Assembly (NCBI GenBank): GCA_977017575.1
Contig: CDRNVI010000056.1
Coordinates: forward strand, 248,001 to 312,000
Source of the DNA: Paramoeba atlantica
Lineage: Eukaryota > Protista > Discosea
Direction: 5' to 3'
Length of the DNA: 64,000 bases
This document shows positions 35,501 to 46,250 of this stretch, piece by piece (the first letter of the stretch is position 1; the number at the start of each line of letters is the position of its first letter). Both the position numbers and the translations under genes were made by a program. Below the pieces are notes generated by a model that was given only the letters and a program-made list of their open reading frames with translations, was not told where the DNA came from and ran no database searches.

Positions 35501-36773
35501 GAAACAACAAAGAGAGGGCACTCCGTATTCCCGTCCGTATTTGCTCACGCCTCTGGTGCGCCTGTCCTCTCGTTTGTTATCTACTCCGAAATCGAGCGGA
35601 GTTGTGGAATCTGGTACCGCTCGAAACGAACCTTTCGGAGATGTGTTTCATGACGAGGAGAGTGAAGAGGAAATCGAGGCATTGTCTTCGGAAGAAGACG
35701 AAGAGGATGCAGAAAGTGATTACGAAAGTTCTGCATCAGATTGGGAGGAAGAAAGCGAGGACGCAGTTTTGGCTACACCGGAGAAACCTGCAATGTCGGA
35801 GAAATTGTCGATGAAACCCCGGTCTAGCTTTTTAATCGAACTATGGAGACGTGCATTTTCCTCACCGTATTTCACAGGATCTATTGGTTCTCAAGAATGC
35901 ACAGAATTTCAGGATTCCGACTCTCATCCTCACGAAAGTGATGTTCACGAAAAGCATATCCCCCATGGCAGAAAGTTACACACACGCGTGCACGATAAAA
36001 TCGGATTACATCCAAACCCAATTGGTTTGGCTGAATTGGGAGACACAACACGCAGTACCGTTTTGAGTGACAATGGAAAGCCACCCAGTTCCACAACCAA
36101 CACAACAATGTCGTATCTGGACTCCACTTTAGAGCGAGAGAATCACCGAGACGATACCCAACGAAAATTGAAGAAACGCCGAAACATGAACTCTCGTCGT
36201 TTTCCCTTGAGCGCCGCAAGGACGCTTCCCCAGTCGTTACCTAATGTAATGTACCAACCCAAACCATCTTTGCAAACGACAAAGCCTTCCGAAGAATCTA
36301 GTGACCTTTTAGAACTTCAATCAGAGCCTCATTCTACATTAAAAAGAAAAAGTGACAAGGAGCAGGACGACGCTTCAAACCGAGTGTCGGGTTCTTCCCA
36401 GGACCACATATCGGTTTCACAAGCTACAAAATTGACCTCTACCCAAGATCCATCATCTTCTTCTGTTTCGTCAAAATCTCGAAAACGCCGTAAACGAAAG
36501 AAGGATCGGTCCTGGATAAACACGCTGTCTACGTTTGCGCGCCCCTTTTTCCCCCCGTTCTTTTCAACCCCCAAACGCGCCCCTTCCCTTTCCAAACGCC
36601 AATCGTCTCGTTTCTTGTTATCCGCGAAACGAAAACCCAATGCGAAGCCACGGAAGCGATCGCCCCGAGAGCTTTGGTTAACACGAATGGAACATATGCA
36701 GATTTTATGTCCGTGTAACTCGGCGTCTGCTTTTTCGGACCGGCAAATGAAAGTTTCGGTCAGAGCGTCGTAG
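32565..36773 (+). CDS. Large hypothetical protein (1402 aa), Ser-rich and acidic low-complexity tracts, N-terminal hydrophobic segment
   Basis: 4.2-kb stop-free frame on the gene strand; no family recognised. Confidence 0.8.
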   Translation: MSQRNESHFPSASTLNRTHIPSKGFPSTGSHVRSPCLPSRSLPPRFLLLLSTFLCLLLSCDALHISLFASHHDLWKSPQKSSTPLSPPNAAFRPRFPLPSISATPGNARPKAKSAHHLNFRRAQTLLAPLSPLQPSSSSSSSSNENSSSPFSTANTSDAISSSSSSSSSSLSTPQTLQDIEGTLHNESSQTFPSIAPLSENSFSSSSSFSSSPLFRFLHSLQRFLYTLFASMCRNCTFSSRSNLHDGESSFSSRSAGAMGSSSSSSSSSSSSSSFSSSSSFESAADSNALSSFSSSSSSLADFASSIHALSLQCHTPGTKQNIKLGFENTQNGKQNVKQNVKQQNAFPMKESQAAAAAVAALFHHRSPIPLGDYAFPHHPSWRVGAKARANGESNTHQSNRLNPNGTNVCESKALKAQTLNQKYKIALQHDFSFHVEMKTGANGLSLISQKGGDRERRGLIQSVLVRYYATVLDSFVEDTWGREQRRADRAADREKAEGERDEKEQEKGLFIPTLLLHPFESSALRPRFYVTERNYPGVEYRLFFDSGLFSLREEILPEALERLEKDLRRRMTVQFSDVKIQSAESNLSASFAARRSEGDKNREKYYWLQTLLEKNKIQVKDTPIEFPAARASLDDRCVLVIPQLREEEGECNKRIRKAEGEAKDHDNRFSTTRRSLFTDQEEQSSSEDAGTSEFSFSKSKFSPSLSSSSTPTTASSAEQNPTAANLAHNLRFPHGARRTHLWSSHPPDILPLDARPYFELPESFRHSFQRLAQSLKLSTTQLDELRWETLQWLQKRVRKENQKGEEENEKDGIEDNENHESKEEEKEEKMQDSPGTRKSGINMSKGLKKSKPPNAFESPPPETPCWEETRVLGSPSGYCPAEPVGLYGAGPASFFLRDLRHRYVWEAVEPSQRSSGLWHTKGVSSQSYFLNTNAGVSEGFQPWKGFHRKGVCTVPPFLWKTQQEGEEKNKVGEKQEAEKQQREGTPYSRPYLLTPLVRLSSRLLSTPKSSGVVESGTARNEPFGDVFHDEESEEEIEALSSEEDEEDAESDYESSASDWEEESEDAVLATPEKPAMSEKLSMKPRSSFLIELWRRAFSSPYFTGSIGSQECTEFQDSDSHPHESDVHEKHIPHGRKLHTRVHDKIGLHPNPIGLAELGDTTRSTVLSDNGKPPSSTTNTTMSYLDSTLERENHRDDTQRKLKKRRNMNSRRFPLSAARTLPQSLPNVMYQPKPSLQTTKPSEESSDLLELQSEPHSTLKRKSDKEQDDASNRVSGSSQDHISVSQATKLTSTQDPSSSSVSSKSRKRRKRKKDRSWINTLSTFARPFFPPFFSTPKRAPSLSKRQSSRFLLSAKRKPNAKPRKRSPRELWLTRMEHMQILCPCNSASAFSDRQMKVSVRAS

Positions 36774-37695
36774 ATCAAGGAAGGGTCGTAGATTTGATGA
36801 CGTACACATTATGTAGAACAGTAAATGTAGAACAGTAAAGGTACAGCGCTAAGTACTCAATATAGAAGTAGAATACTTTTTTGGTGTAACATACAGGTGT
36901 AATTACAAAACACGAATTCTCATGCGTTATACGGGGTGTAGAAACGAGATACTGCCCATTTTTGCACAATTCACTAGAGGGAATTGCAAGAGCTCTCGAA
37001 TGCGCTATTATATTTATTTTCCTGTTACGGATCTTAAACACCCTTCAGATTTAGCTGGGAACTTCTGAACTATACAGCTCATGTAACCATGATCTCGGGA
37101 GATCTCAGATTGATCCGTACCAGCCGTCCTTAAATTCATAGAGGCACCGGAGGATGGCATACCCGAATAAGCTTCCTCCACATTTTACTTTAATTTTTGT
37201 AGAGAACGAAATCGGTGGTGACATTTCCATGTTTTCCCCGATGTTTTTCTAAAAACAAGTGTTGATCAAATTCTTCCCTAATATTTTCAAGTAGCAAGTA
37301 TTGAGACAACGTTGAGTGCTGATTGTTTTTCGAATTCGTGAATAATATTCAATGAGTTTTTTATTGTTCAACACAGTAAAAAGCTACACAATAAAAAATT
37401 CACACTTCTTTGCTAGCACGGTATCTCTTAACGCCCGCTTTCATGCTAGATCCTCGCCTTTTTGAGGGTACAATGATCTAAAACATACATGCAGGACATT
37501 TTCTATTGAATGTGCGATAAAAATTTTAACTTAAAAATGACTTAAGCAATCGATGAAGATGAAGAAAAAATAAAAAGACAAAGAGCAAAAAAAAATATCC
37601 ATTTTCCCATATTTTTGGCCACTGGAGTAACTCCTTATCCTTTATACGTCATCCTTTACACCTAAGAAGCTCAAAAGTGGGGCTGTACATTTCTT

Positions 37696-38619
37696 ATGAT
37701 TCGTTTTTTGAGTCCGGTGCTTCGATCTCCCCCTTCCGTACCTCAGCAACTTTTGCATGAGAAAGAGTGGTACAGCTCCGAGAAATGGTGTAAGCTTTGC
37801 GCATGCCCAACGTCGGCTATTGGTATACATATGGGGGAGAAAGATCACCAGGCTCTGGAGATCTTTGTTGATAAAATTTGGCAAGGCGATCACATGTCTT
37901 GGTGGGCGCAGCACGTGTACGCGTCTGTTGGTTTACTTCGGGCACCGTATGCATCGCTTTACAATGTCTTTGATAAATTTGAAAATCAAAGGTTATTCGT
38001 CTTGCACGAAGCCATCAAAACGCTTAAGGAGAAAAAGATTACTCGTGTAACGAGAACGGTTCGTGATGGAGGTGGAACAACTCTATATCTAGTTGCCTCT
38101 CGTATGAGTCACATGACATCTAAGATTTTAATAGGGCTTCTACCTAATGCCGCATCTCGCGAACTTTCGGCAGCTCTAAATATGATAACTTCGGAGTTTT
38201 CTATGGAAACCGTGTACGATATCCTTAGGTTGGATCTACTGTACGGAGATTTAGGTAATCGGTCTCCCAACATATTGAAAGCCATACTCGGAAATTGTCT
38301 TGATATTACTTCGGACTATTCCCGCGGGTTATGTCATGGAAGAAGAGCTTTGATCACGCCTATGACAAAGGAACTGTGTTACTACGTTCAATGGGGTATC
38401 ATTTGTGAGGCGATTATTTCTCGTATGCAAGAGTACATCGCTCGAGGGCAAATAGTGTGGGTGAATGAGCTGAATTGTGAAACGAGAAAAAATCTATTGG
38501 CTAATAAAAGTACTCATAGATTGGCACCTGTACACGAATCTACATCCGACATGCTAAAAAAAAGATTTGAAACCGATTTATGGAAACATGATGATCTGTC
38601 TGGAAACGTGATGATGTGA
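37696..38619 (+). CDS. U1-type zinc finger plus degenerate RNase III-fold protein, KREPB (editosome)-like, probably mitochondrial
   Basis: WCKLC-x9-H-x5-H finger; GGTTLYLVASRM..LLP..LS..S..VYDILRL..KAILG resembles the RNase III fold without catalytic acidic residues; short basic/hydrophobic N-terminus. Confidence 0.5.
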   Translation: MIRFLSPVLRSPPSVPQQLLHEKEWYSSEKWCKLCACPTSAIGIHMGEKDHQALEIFVDKIWQGDHMSWWAQHVYASVGLLRAPYASLYNVFDKFENQRLFVLHEAIKTLKEKKITRVTRTVRDGGGTTLYLVASRMSHMTSKILIGLLPNAASRELSAALNMITSEFSMETVYDILRLDLLYGDLGNRSPNILKAILGNCLDITSDYSRGLCHGRRALITPMTKELCYYVQWGIICEAIISRMQEYIARGQIVWVNELNCETRKNLLANKSTHRLAPVHESTSDMLKKRFETDLWKHDDLSGNVMM

Positions 38620-39160
38620 CTCATCGCACCGTTTTCCTTCTTTGTATTCCAGTTCGAGTACTTGTTGTTGTTGTTTAACCCGTTTGGCCATGACTGGCTA
38701 CGGGTTCAGAGTACACCCCAGTTATTTAGTGCTCGTGTGAAACGGCACCGGGTATTACCGTACTCCGTGGGTGGTACGCTGTCAGTCGCGCGCAGACTTT
38801 CCCAGAGGGATGCCGCACTCGCCGATAGACGACTGTCAGGTTGCGAGGCCTGACCCGTCATCCGTGACTTCACTGCCCGATGGATTCGCATCCTGGGGCA
38901 AAGAAGTAGTGGAGTAGTCGTTATACTCTGTTCCACCACCAGGGATGACTCACGCTAGGGTGTGTGGAGCTTGCGAGGCTCTCTCACCAGCGGGGCTCAC
39001 AATGGAGCGCGACCAGTGCCCTTCACAACTTCAATTACTGCGTATGGATACTATCCTAGTTTATTGGCGTCTTGTTTTGCTGACACCGGGTAGCTCCACA
39101 CAAGGGTCCGGGGAAGGGGAAGGCGACTGGGGGGACGGAGAAGGGCCGGCGAAGCGGTGA

Positions 39161-39271
39161 CGAAACCGAGGTTTCGCGAAGGGTTTTATCGAGGTTTCGC
39201 GGGGTTTCATCCAGGTTTCACCGAGGTTTCTCGAGGTTTCGCAAGGTTTCGCGAGGTTTCACCCGCAGCCC
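39161..39271. repeat. GAGGTTTC short-period array ending in CACCCGCAGCCC
   Basis: About 8 GAGGTTTC-like units at 10-12 bp spacing; related to 121-162. Confidence 0.7.
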
Positions 39272-40043
39272 CTCGTATGACTGTTTTGCTTCTGCTTCGT
39301 TTGGCAGGTATTGTATGCGAGATGTTCATTCCTGAATCAATGCGCATGTATCTGACTCGTGGAACCTGGCGATTAACGGACGGGCATTTCATAACGTCTT
39401 TGCGCCCTGGGGGGCGTTGCCAGCCGTCCGCTGACGAAAATCCGGCTGTGACGTGTGTTTGTACGGGCAATCCTTAATGAAATGGTCTGAGGATCTGCAA
39501 TTGTAACACTGCGGTCGATAATTTCCGTACGATGGGCGCAACGATTGTGGGTGTTGCCCTGTCGATCCGCCTCCAAAATTATTTTGGAAGGACACTTTTG
39601 GGGACATACATGTATTTTAGATATGTCCCCGTTCGTCGCGGCGCAGAGAAATAAATATAACGACTGTGTTGTTGTTCACGCTCACTCAATTGATCGGTTA
39701 CGTGCTGATAGAATTTATCATGCATGCGATCATCTTTATCCATGTTTCGGTGTACCGCCTCTACGTCCATCCTACAGGCTCGCCAGTAGGCATCGCGGAG
39801 ACTTTGTATTATCGCTTTTCCTAACTCCAAGAACGGACCTGTATACTTTTTGTATGCCGTCGTGTAAGTTTCATATAGAGTACAAAATAACATGCAAAAT
39901 ACAGTATGTTGACTCCGCAGTAAGAAATGTGGTCCTTTTTGGGCTGACCCCCAGTAAGAGAGATTAGGCTCATGATACCCACAGGAGGCGTATAGGGAGT
40001 AGTGAGTGTGTGTCCACATGTCGGGGCCTCGGGGGTAACCCAA
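39272..40043 (-). pseudogene. gag-like CCHC knuckle followed by a putative aspartic protease motif (LTR-retroelement-like relic)
   Basis: CYNCRSSDHFIKDC (C-x2-C-x4-H-x4-C), then in the -1 frame YMRIDSGMNISH; cut off by the GAGGTTTC repeat. Confidence 0.5.
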
Positions 40044-40052
40044 ATAAACGTT

Positions 40053-41117
40053 TTAACATATTTTTAGAATAAGAAATATGAAAATCTTGTCAAACGAGTT
40101 GGAAGAAAAGAGAAAACTGGCCAAAAAAACATGAGCACGTGCATGGGTGGCCAAGTGGGACACTATAGCCTTATTATTGTTGTCCGCATCTTCTCCCATC
40201 ATAATTTGTTCCAGAGTCTCCGCGGCCACCCCAACGCCCTCATGACGAAGGCGATGAGTTAAGAGAATGGACCCTAATTTGCACAAGAGGGTCCAGAGGC
40301 CGAGACGAACGCCGTCCTCCTCGATGTTCGGGAATCGCGTATCCGGCGGCATACTAGCCAAACTTTTGGCGTAGTGCACCATGTCCAGACGCCCCCCCAC
40401 TGCGTCACAGACTCGACGCTTTACCTCTTGTGTTAGCCACGGCTCGCCGCTAACCCCCGTTTGTGTTAAGCATGCGTGCAATTGCGGGTCACAACGAGGG
40501 TCTTCCTGGGTTCCGATTAAGGATCGGAACGCTTCGCAGATATCTTTTGGGGTGCTTTTTTCCGACTGTCCGACGGGGACAGTAGCGGTGCTCGGAGGGC
40601 GAAGCAGAGCAGATTCCTCTGCGCACAGTTCATCGCGCAGTTTGACCAGTACTTGGGGAGCTACATCCGTGCTGGAGAAGTCACCTCGTTGCAAGGCACT
40701 CAAGTTACGACGAATCACTTGAGTACCTCAGATTGAGTCACCGTTGCTCGCGCATGCGGATGCGCGCTCCGGTGAAAGTGAAGCATTCACACCAACCGTG
40801 AAGCCATAAATCATTTGCAAGGTTTCTTTTATGCCTCTACGTTGGTGCCCGCCAAAGAAAGGAAGATGAGCGTGGTATCGCGCACGGCATTCGACGTATT
40901 CCCGGGAAGGACAAAACCAATGATTCTCTTCACGTACACACAAAACTTCCTCGTTCTTCGGGTGATATTTCTCCTTTCCACACCACACAGCTTGCGGAAA
41001 GAGTTCGTGGGCCTCCATCCAGCGTATTATATCCGATTCAGATGCTTGTGCAATGGATGAGAAATAGAGCCTTCGCGCACACTCGAAGTCGGAACAATCG
41101 CGGCAAGTCCAGTCCAT
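40053..41117 (-). pseudogene. Merlin-like Cys/His N-terminal region joined to unrelated coding sequence
   Basis: WTCRDCSDFECARR..IIRWMEAHEL..VWC..HWFC resembles MTCTGCGGFSCRSK..LDWMKNHSL..VIC..KWVC at 41455; the downstream 221-aa ORF lacks DDE motifs. Confidence 0.45.
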
Positions 41118-41282
41118 AAAGAAGTAAAAGGAAGAAAAGTTTCTATTACTGTGATCCCCCCTTTAATACGGACCCCCCTGACCCCCCGCCTTTAATACGG
41201 ATTTTTTTTGGAGAAATTTTTTACCTTCCAATTTCGATTTCGGGGGCATCTACGATTTCGGATCTGACGAGGTATATCCCCT

Positions 41283-42513
41283 GGTGAAACTGAACCAATA
41301 TTCGCACTTTTCTCAATCTGGCAAAATTTTTACCTGAACGTTTTATCGCTCCTTTCTTTTATTCTGAATCATGGTTCTGCACATTAATTTTATATAAGCA
41401 TTGTGTTTTTTGAATCCATTAGTACTTGTTTATTGCTCTTCTCACCTTTTAATGACGTGCACTGGGTGCGGTGGGTTCTCGTGCCGTTCGAAACTTGCGA
41501 TCAGAAGAATTTCTTCCTGGAGTGAGAATCAATGTCTGGACTGGATGAAAAACCACTCTCTAGTGGCGCAGAAAGTTATTTGCTACAAGAAAAATCACAG
41601 AGCTCCGCACACCATGGCATTAGTCGGGAATAAATGGGTCTGCACCAAGCATTGTAAAGTGAGGTACGGAGCTATGGGGCCGCCGTTTGTTCAGCAAGAG
41701 CCAGCGAAGCGCTAAACAGACTCTCCTGTACATCGTTTTGTACTCTAGGGGTGGGCACCATGCGTCTTCAGTGGCGGAAACGGAGTTAAGCGAAAAAACG
41801 GTGATTAAATTGCGTCAATGGCTGGATTCCCTCATGGCCACAGCGCATATACGCCGACGAGTTCGACTGCGATCCAAGGTGACCACAATGCAATGCGATG
41901 AAACTTTTTTTTCTGTCCGAACGAGGGGCGGTTGCCATCGAGCAAAATGTGTTCGCCAAGATGGTAATCAAATTGCTCAGACGATAGCGGTCACAACGAG
42001 GGACAACAAATTATCTGAAATTCTCATGGAATCTGTTCCAAATCGAACATCTCAGAGCCTTCTTCCGAACATCCAGAATCTAGCTTCGGGAAGTCGTACA
42101 AAAATTTGGACTGATGGTGCCCGCCATAATTTGTCTCTCCGCGGCAAATATAAGTGGGAAAGTGTAAACCACAAGAGACAGTGGGTTACGAATGAAGGTG
42201 TGCACACTAATACTGTGGAGTGCGCGAACTCCATGGTCAAGAAGCGTCTGAAGCGGGACGGCAATGTTCTAGGTCGAAAGTTGGAGAAGAGGGGGGATCG
42301 AATACAAGCATACGCAGAGGTATGCACCGGAAGTTTGAAGTGAAATGGGGGTGATACACTGCTTCAAGTCTTATGAAATTTGAAGGAGCACTGTATATGC
42401 CTCCATTTGTAAGAAGTAATCAAGTTTAAGCGGAGAAAAGTTTAAAGTGTAAGCAAAAAGGGACGTGAAATTTTGAAAATTCATAAATTTGCGAATATTG
42501 GTTCAGTTTAACC
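41283..42513 (+). mobile_element. Merlin (IS1595/ISXO2-like) transposon, complete ends, frameshifted transposase
   Basis: 24-bp TIRs GGT(G/T)AAACTGAACCAATATTCGCA; 8-bp TSD TATCCCCT (41275-41282, 42514-42521); QCDETFF, IWTDG, VNHK and HTNTVE motifs; ORF split near 41700. Confidence 0.9.
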
Positions 42514-42720
42514 TATCCCCTTAACCGGACTGTAATTTTCGAGCATAACGCGAAGTGGCGGGAAAATTCTACGATTTACAAGGAAATGGTGAAGCGTGCC
42601 CAGATGCTCAAAGGAATTTTTGTGGACGTGAGTCACTCGGGGTGGGTCAAGGAGGACATTTATCCTCGCATGCTGAAGAGCTGTTTACCCTTTTCACAGG
42701 AAAAGTCTTCGACAGCTATA

Positions 42721-43214
42721 CACCCCCGCCAAAAAGTATTGTCCACAAAAATGGCCGACACAAAAAGTATTGTATTTATTAGTATCGACCATTTTTTTGT
42801 GTTTTGACCAAAATGCGCAGGAAATTGAGGCACGCAGGGAAGCCATCGAAAAATCAGAAGCCCGCCGTAAAGAGACACTTGGAATGTCGCGGAAGGCTAA
42901 GGCAAGATTTGAACAGGCTCGGAATATGGTTCCTCTCTCGCACTACTTTAGCGTTGAGTAGTCAAAATAATTAAATTACTAATTCCATTGTGCTATTTTC
43001 ATTGTGCTAATTTGTGCTATTTCCATGGTGCTAATTTCCATTCGACCTGTTTTTGTGCTTCACTATACGTTTACAAGGATCCCGTATGATAAAGTCCAAC
43101 TTTTTGGAAGCCAGTAGCAACTCGTGGAAATCGACAAAAAGTATTGTATTTATTAGTATCAACCAAATATTCGTGGTCGATACTAATAAATTACAATACT
43201 TTTTGGCGGGGGTG
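42721..43214. mobile_element. Tc1/mariner-type MITE (494 bp)
   Basis: TA|CACCCCCGCCAAAAAGTATTGT ... ACAATACTTTTTGGCGGGGGTG|TA; subterminal AAAAAGTATTGTATTTATTAGTATC repeats. Confidence 0.8.
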
Positions 43215-43777
43215 TAATCACAGATGATTACTCAGGACATCGCACTGACGACATTCCTGAAAATTCCGACCCTCATACAATTCCTGGGGGTTGCACGAAG
43301 GCGATACAAATTCATGACCGTGTATTTAATCGCTTGTTTAAGTGACAATACAATGAATTGCTCAGCGAATGGCGTCTTCACAACAGCAAAGAAAAAGTAA
43401 GCCGATATCTTGTCCTCGAATGGATAAAAGAAGCACACACGCTAGTTTTTTTTATTGTATTTTATCGGGTAAGAAATAGCGTCATTTTCTGCGCGATGGG
43501 CACCCCCCCCCCTTTAATACGGACAAAGTCCAAAAATCTGTCCGTATTAAAGGGGGGGTCACAGTAACAATTTTTGTATGAATTTTTGCCAGAAGATTTG
43601 TACAACGTAAATTTCACGAGTGGATATGTACATGCGAATAAAGTGGTTAATGAGTCAACGTAGCGTTGTGATGACCACCTTATTTTTCCCAATAACCCAT
43701 TTTCCAAACAAAAAAATACAGCATCCATACATTGTGTCGCACCAAAGGGCACCGCTGAGTAGGACGAGGCTGGTTAC

Positions 43778-44452
43778 TTGAGTCGCAAATCCTCATTGTG
43801 CACTTCGAAAGGGGTGACATGTGACAATGAGCAACATGTAACTGAAATCGATTGGAGTTCGATGCGTCTTGTGGGATTCTTGCAATGGGAATATCTACCC
43901 CGATGGTTGCTACGTTTGACTTTGATGAGCAACAGCCTTCGCGGGAGCGTAACACTAGACGCGCTGCCACCTGGACTCAAATGTTTTCAAATTTCATACA
44001 ATCAATTGTGTGGTCCATTATATCTAACACAGTCGCCCAACACATTAGAGACTATGGAATTGAGCATAAACCAATTCGACGAGAGCATCGATCTTACGCA
44101 TTTGCCATCAAATCTAAGTTCTTTGGATGTGGCAGTTAACTACCTTGTTGGTGGCGTGGATTTGTCCAGTTTGCCCCAAAGGCTTAATGACATTAATTTG
44201 TCCGGTAACAAATTTTCAGGGCCTCTTCAGTTACGGCAGTTACCTTCCGCACTTCAATATTTCTTTTGCTCGAGTAATGATTTCTCCGGAGTAATCAGAT
44301 GTGACCGCCTTCCTGTAGGACTGAAAGCACTATGGTTGCATAAAAATGAAAATCTGTGTGGTGATGTTGATGTGTCCACTCTTCCCAAGGCACTGGCAGC
44401 CGACGTGGGCAGAAACTTTAATATTCTCGGCACACAGATTCAATTAGTTTGA
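43778..44452 (+). CDS. LRR protein lacking most of the N-cap (possibly a pseudogene)
   Basis: LCTSKGVTCDNEQHVTEIDW followed by about 6 LRRs; no canonical start in the conserved region. Confidence 0.65.
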   Translation: MSRKSSLCTSKGVTCDNEQHVTEIDWSSMRLVGFLQWEYLPRWLLRLTLMSNSLRGSVTLDALPPGLKCFQISYNQLCGPLYLTQSPNTLETMELSINQFDESIDLTHLPSNLSSLDVAVNYLVGGVDLSSLPQRLNDINLSGNKFSGPLQLRQLPSALQYFFCSSNDFSGVIRCDRLPVGLKALWLHKNENLCGDVDVSTLPKALAADVGRNFNILGTQIQLV

Positions 44453-44511
44453 GTATTGAGCCCTTAGGTCTGTCGGAAAACTCCTTTACTTATGCAATAG
44501 TCCTTTACCAC

Positions 44512-44838
44512 CTAAATTGCTCGCAAATGACCCTCATACGTGCAACGTAAACAACTGCGCCATCTTTCAATACCGTTTTTTGATTCCGTGATATGATCTC
44601 CACTCATCTGTAATGACGATGGAATTTCTTGAAATTTTCTTCCTTCAATCACCTTTGCACAAATGCAGACAAAAATAGGTTTCGTTCGCTTTGAAATGGC
44701 CTTCCAGTAGGTCTGTACAGATTTCCCGGTAAGCGGATCGCTGTTACGAACCAGAACCCTTCTGGTTCTGCGCGACTGTTTTCCACGATTATGAAGTCTC
44801 TTTCCGATGTAAGTTTCATCCACCATCAGGTACTTCAT
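44512..44838 (-). pseudogene. Merlin/ISXO2 transposase fragment
   Basis: MVDETYIGKRLHNRGK motif. Confidence 0.65.
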
Positions 44839-44895
44839 GGTAGGTGGTATGTAGAGGGGCCGGGGAGTAACGCGAAGGCGCGTTGTATTTCATAT

Positions 44896-45331
44896 AAACC
44901 ACAGTCCGGTTTAACACTCATGTAGCTAGATAACATTCCGGGGGGAATGTTATGATGTTCCATGCGTTTTTTTAACATTCCTCCCCTGAAAACCCCCCGT
45001 GCCCCCCCGTGGCTTACAGGTTGACTCACTCTACCGACGAAGAGCCACCACGGGAGATTCTCAACTCTGATCCCCTACAGGGTCCTCCAGGTTTTCGGTA
45101 CGCATGTACGCTGACGGAGTACTTTAAGAAAGTTCAAGAACGCCAAGAAAGTGAAGCAAAAAAAGTCGAAGCAATAGGCGAAGAGGAAGATACTGGATAA
45201 ATGAAGTTATTTTTACCTTCAAAAAAAATTTATCAAAACAAGATCTTGAAAATTTAACATTACTGTAGCTACTTAACATTCCTGTAGCTACTTAACATTC
45301 CCCCCCGGAATGTTAAACCGGACTGTGGTTT
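44896..45331. mobile_element. Small element with perfect 20-bp inverted repeats
   Basis: AAACCACAGTCCGGTTTAAC (44896-44915) / GTTAAACCGGACTGTGGTTT (45312-45331); internal TAACATTCCGGGGGGAATGTTA palindromes. Confidence 0.5.
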
Positions 45332-46148
45332 AAATCGGTATGTATTGGACGCCTGCTGCGACCAGTTTGCAAAAACACGCTTTCTTTTAAATTTCCAAGC
45401 TCTAAATTTGGCAACGAGACGGGTTTTCGACGGCAAAAGTGGCTCAAATTCGGGGTGATCTTCATCCGACATGATGTAAAAGCAGTATGAATTCGTATTG
45501 GACTTCTACCTCCTCGCCTTATACAGGATACCGAGCCCGGAGTCTCTGGGCCAAAGACCTTGAACTTCCTCAACAAGGTCTTCAACACATCCGATAAAAA
45601 AGGATGCCTTTCGCACCTCTTGAGTAGCCAGAGGGACAATGCCCAGATCGTGCAGGCGGCGGTGCTAAACTGGTACCTCCGAGGTGTATGGGGTTGGCGG
45701 GTCGGGGGGTTAGGAAGAGGAAAAAAACTTCGGGTGCAGACAACTTACACTAGGTGTATATTACACCCACTTAAGAAAATATTTTCTTTTGACCAGTTTT
45801 CAAAATAATATCCTCTTTTCCTCTTGTACATTCGAAAAATATAGAGCCTAACTGCTCAGTCCCTTTCAAAACTTCGAATTGTACGTGTGAAAGTGAACTT
45901 CGAATTGTACGATGATCCATGCATACGCTAACATCTGAAAATTCGAACCCGAATTCAATGCATGACTTTGTTCGGGCTTGCCCCGCGTACTCTGTACTTT
46001 CATCTTTTCTCTTCGAGGTGGAGTATACACCTCGCATGATTTTATTTCGAAAAAGCGGATGCTCAAGAGCTGAGCTTGGGATCCCACATTGTTGCTTCTG
46101 AGGGTTTTTTTCGAAAAAAAAACATTTAAAAAAAAATCGTGTGGTATG

Positions 46149-46250
46149 CCCCCGCCTAGACCCCCCCTAAGCCCCCCCCTAGACCCCCCCCTAGGCCCCC
46201 CCCCTAGACCCCCCCCTAGGCCACGCCCTGGACCCCCCCTAGACCCCCCG
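46149..46250 (-). repeat. C-run tandem repeat (CCCCCCCTAG-like), G-quadruplex-competent on the - strand
   Basis: About 9 runs of C separated by 3-4-nt linkers. Confidence 0.8.

Larger units (their letters stand above)
41149..43564 (+). mobile_element. pogo-like deletion derivative hosting two nested insertions
   Basis: TA|CTGTGA(T)CCCCCCTTTAATACGGA ... TCCGTATTAAAGGGGGGGTCACAG|TA; residual DDE_1-like SHSGWVKEDIY and VSRYLVLEWIKEAH. Confidence 0.75.

Noticed and set aside
46149-46250. Interstitial telomeric repeat
   Set aside because: The unit is C7-9 plus TAG(A/G), not CCCTAA, and it is part of a dispersed repeat.
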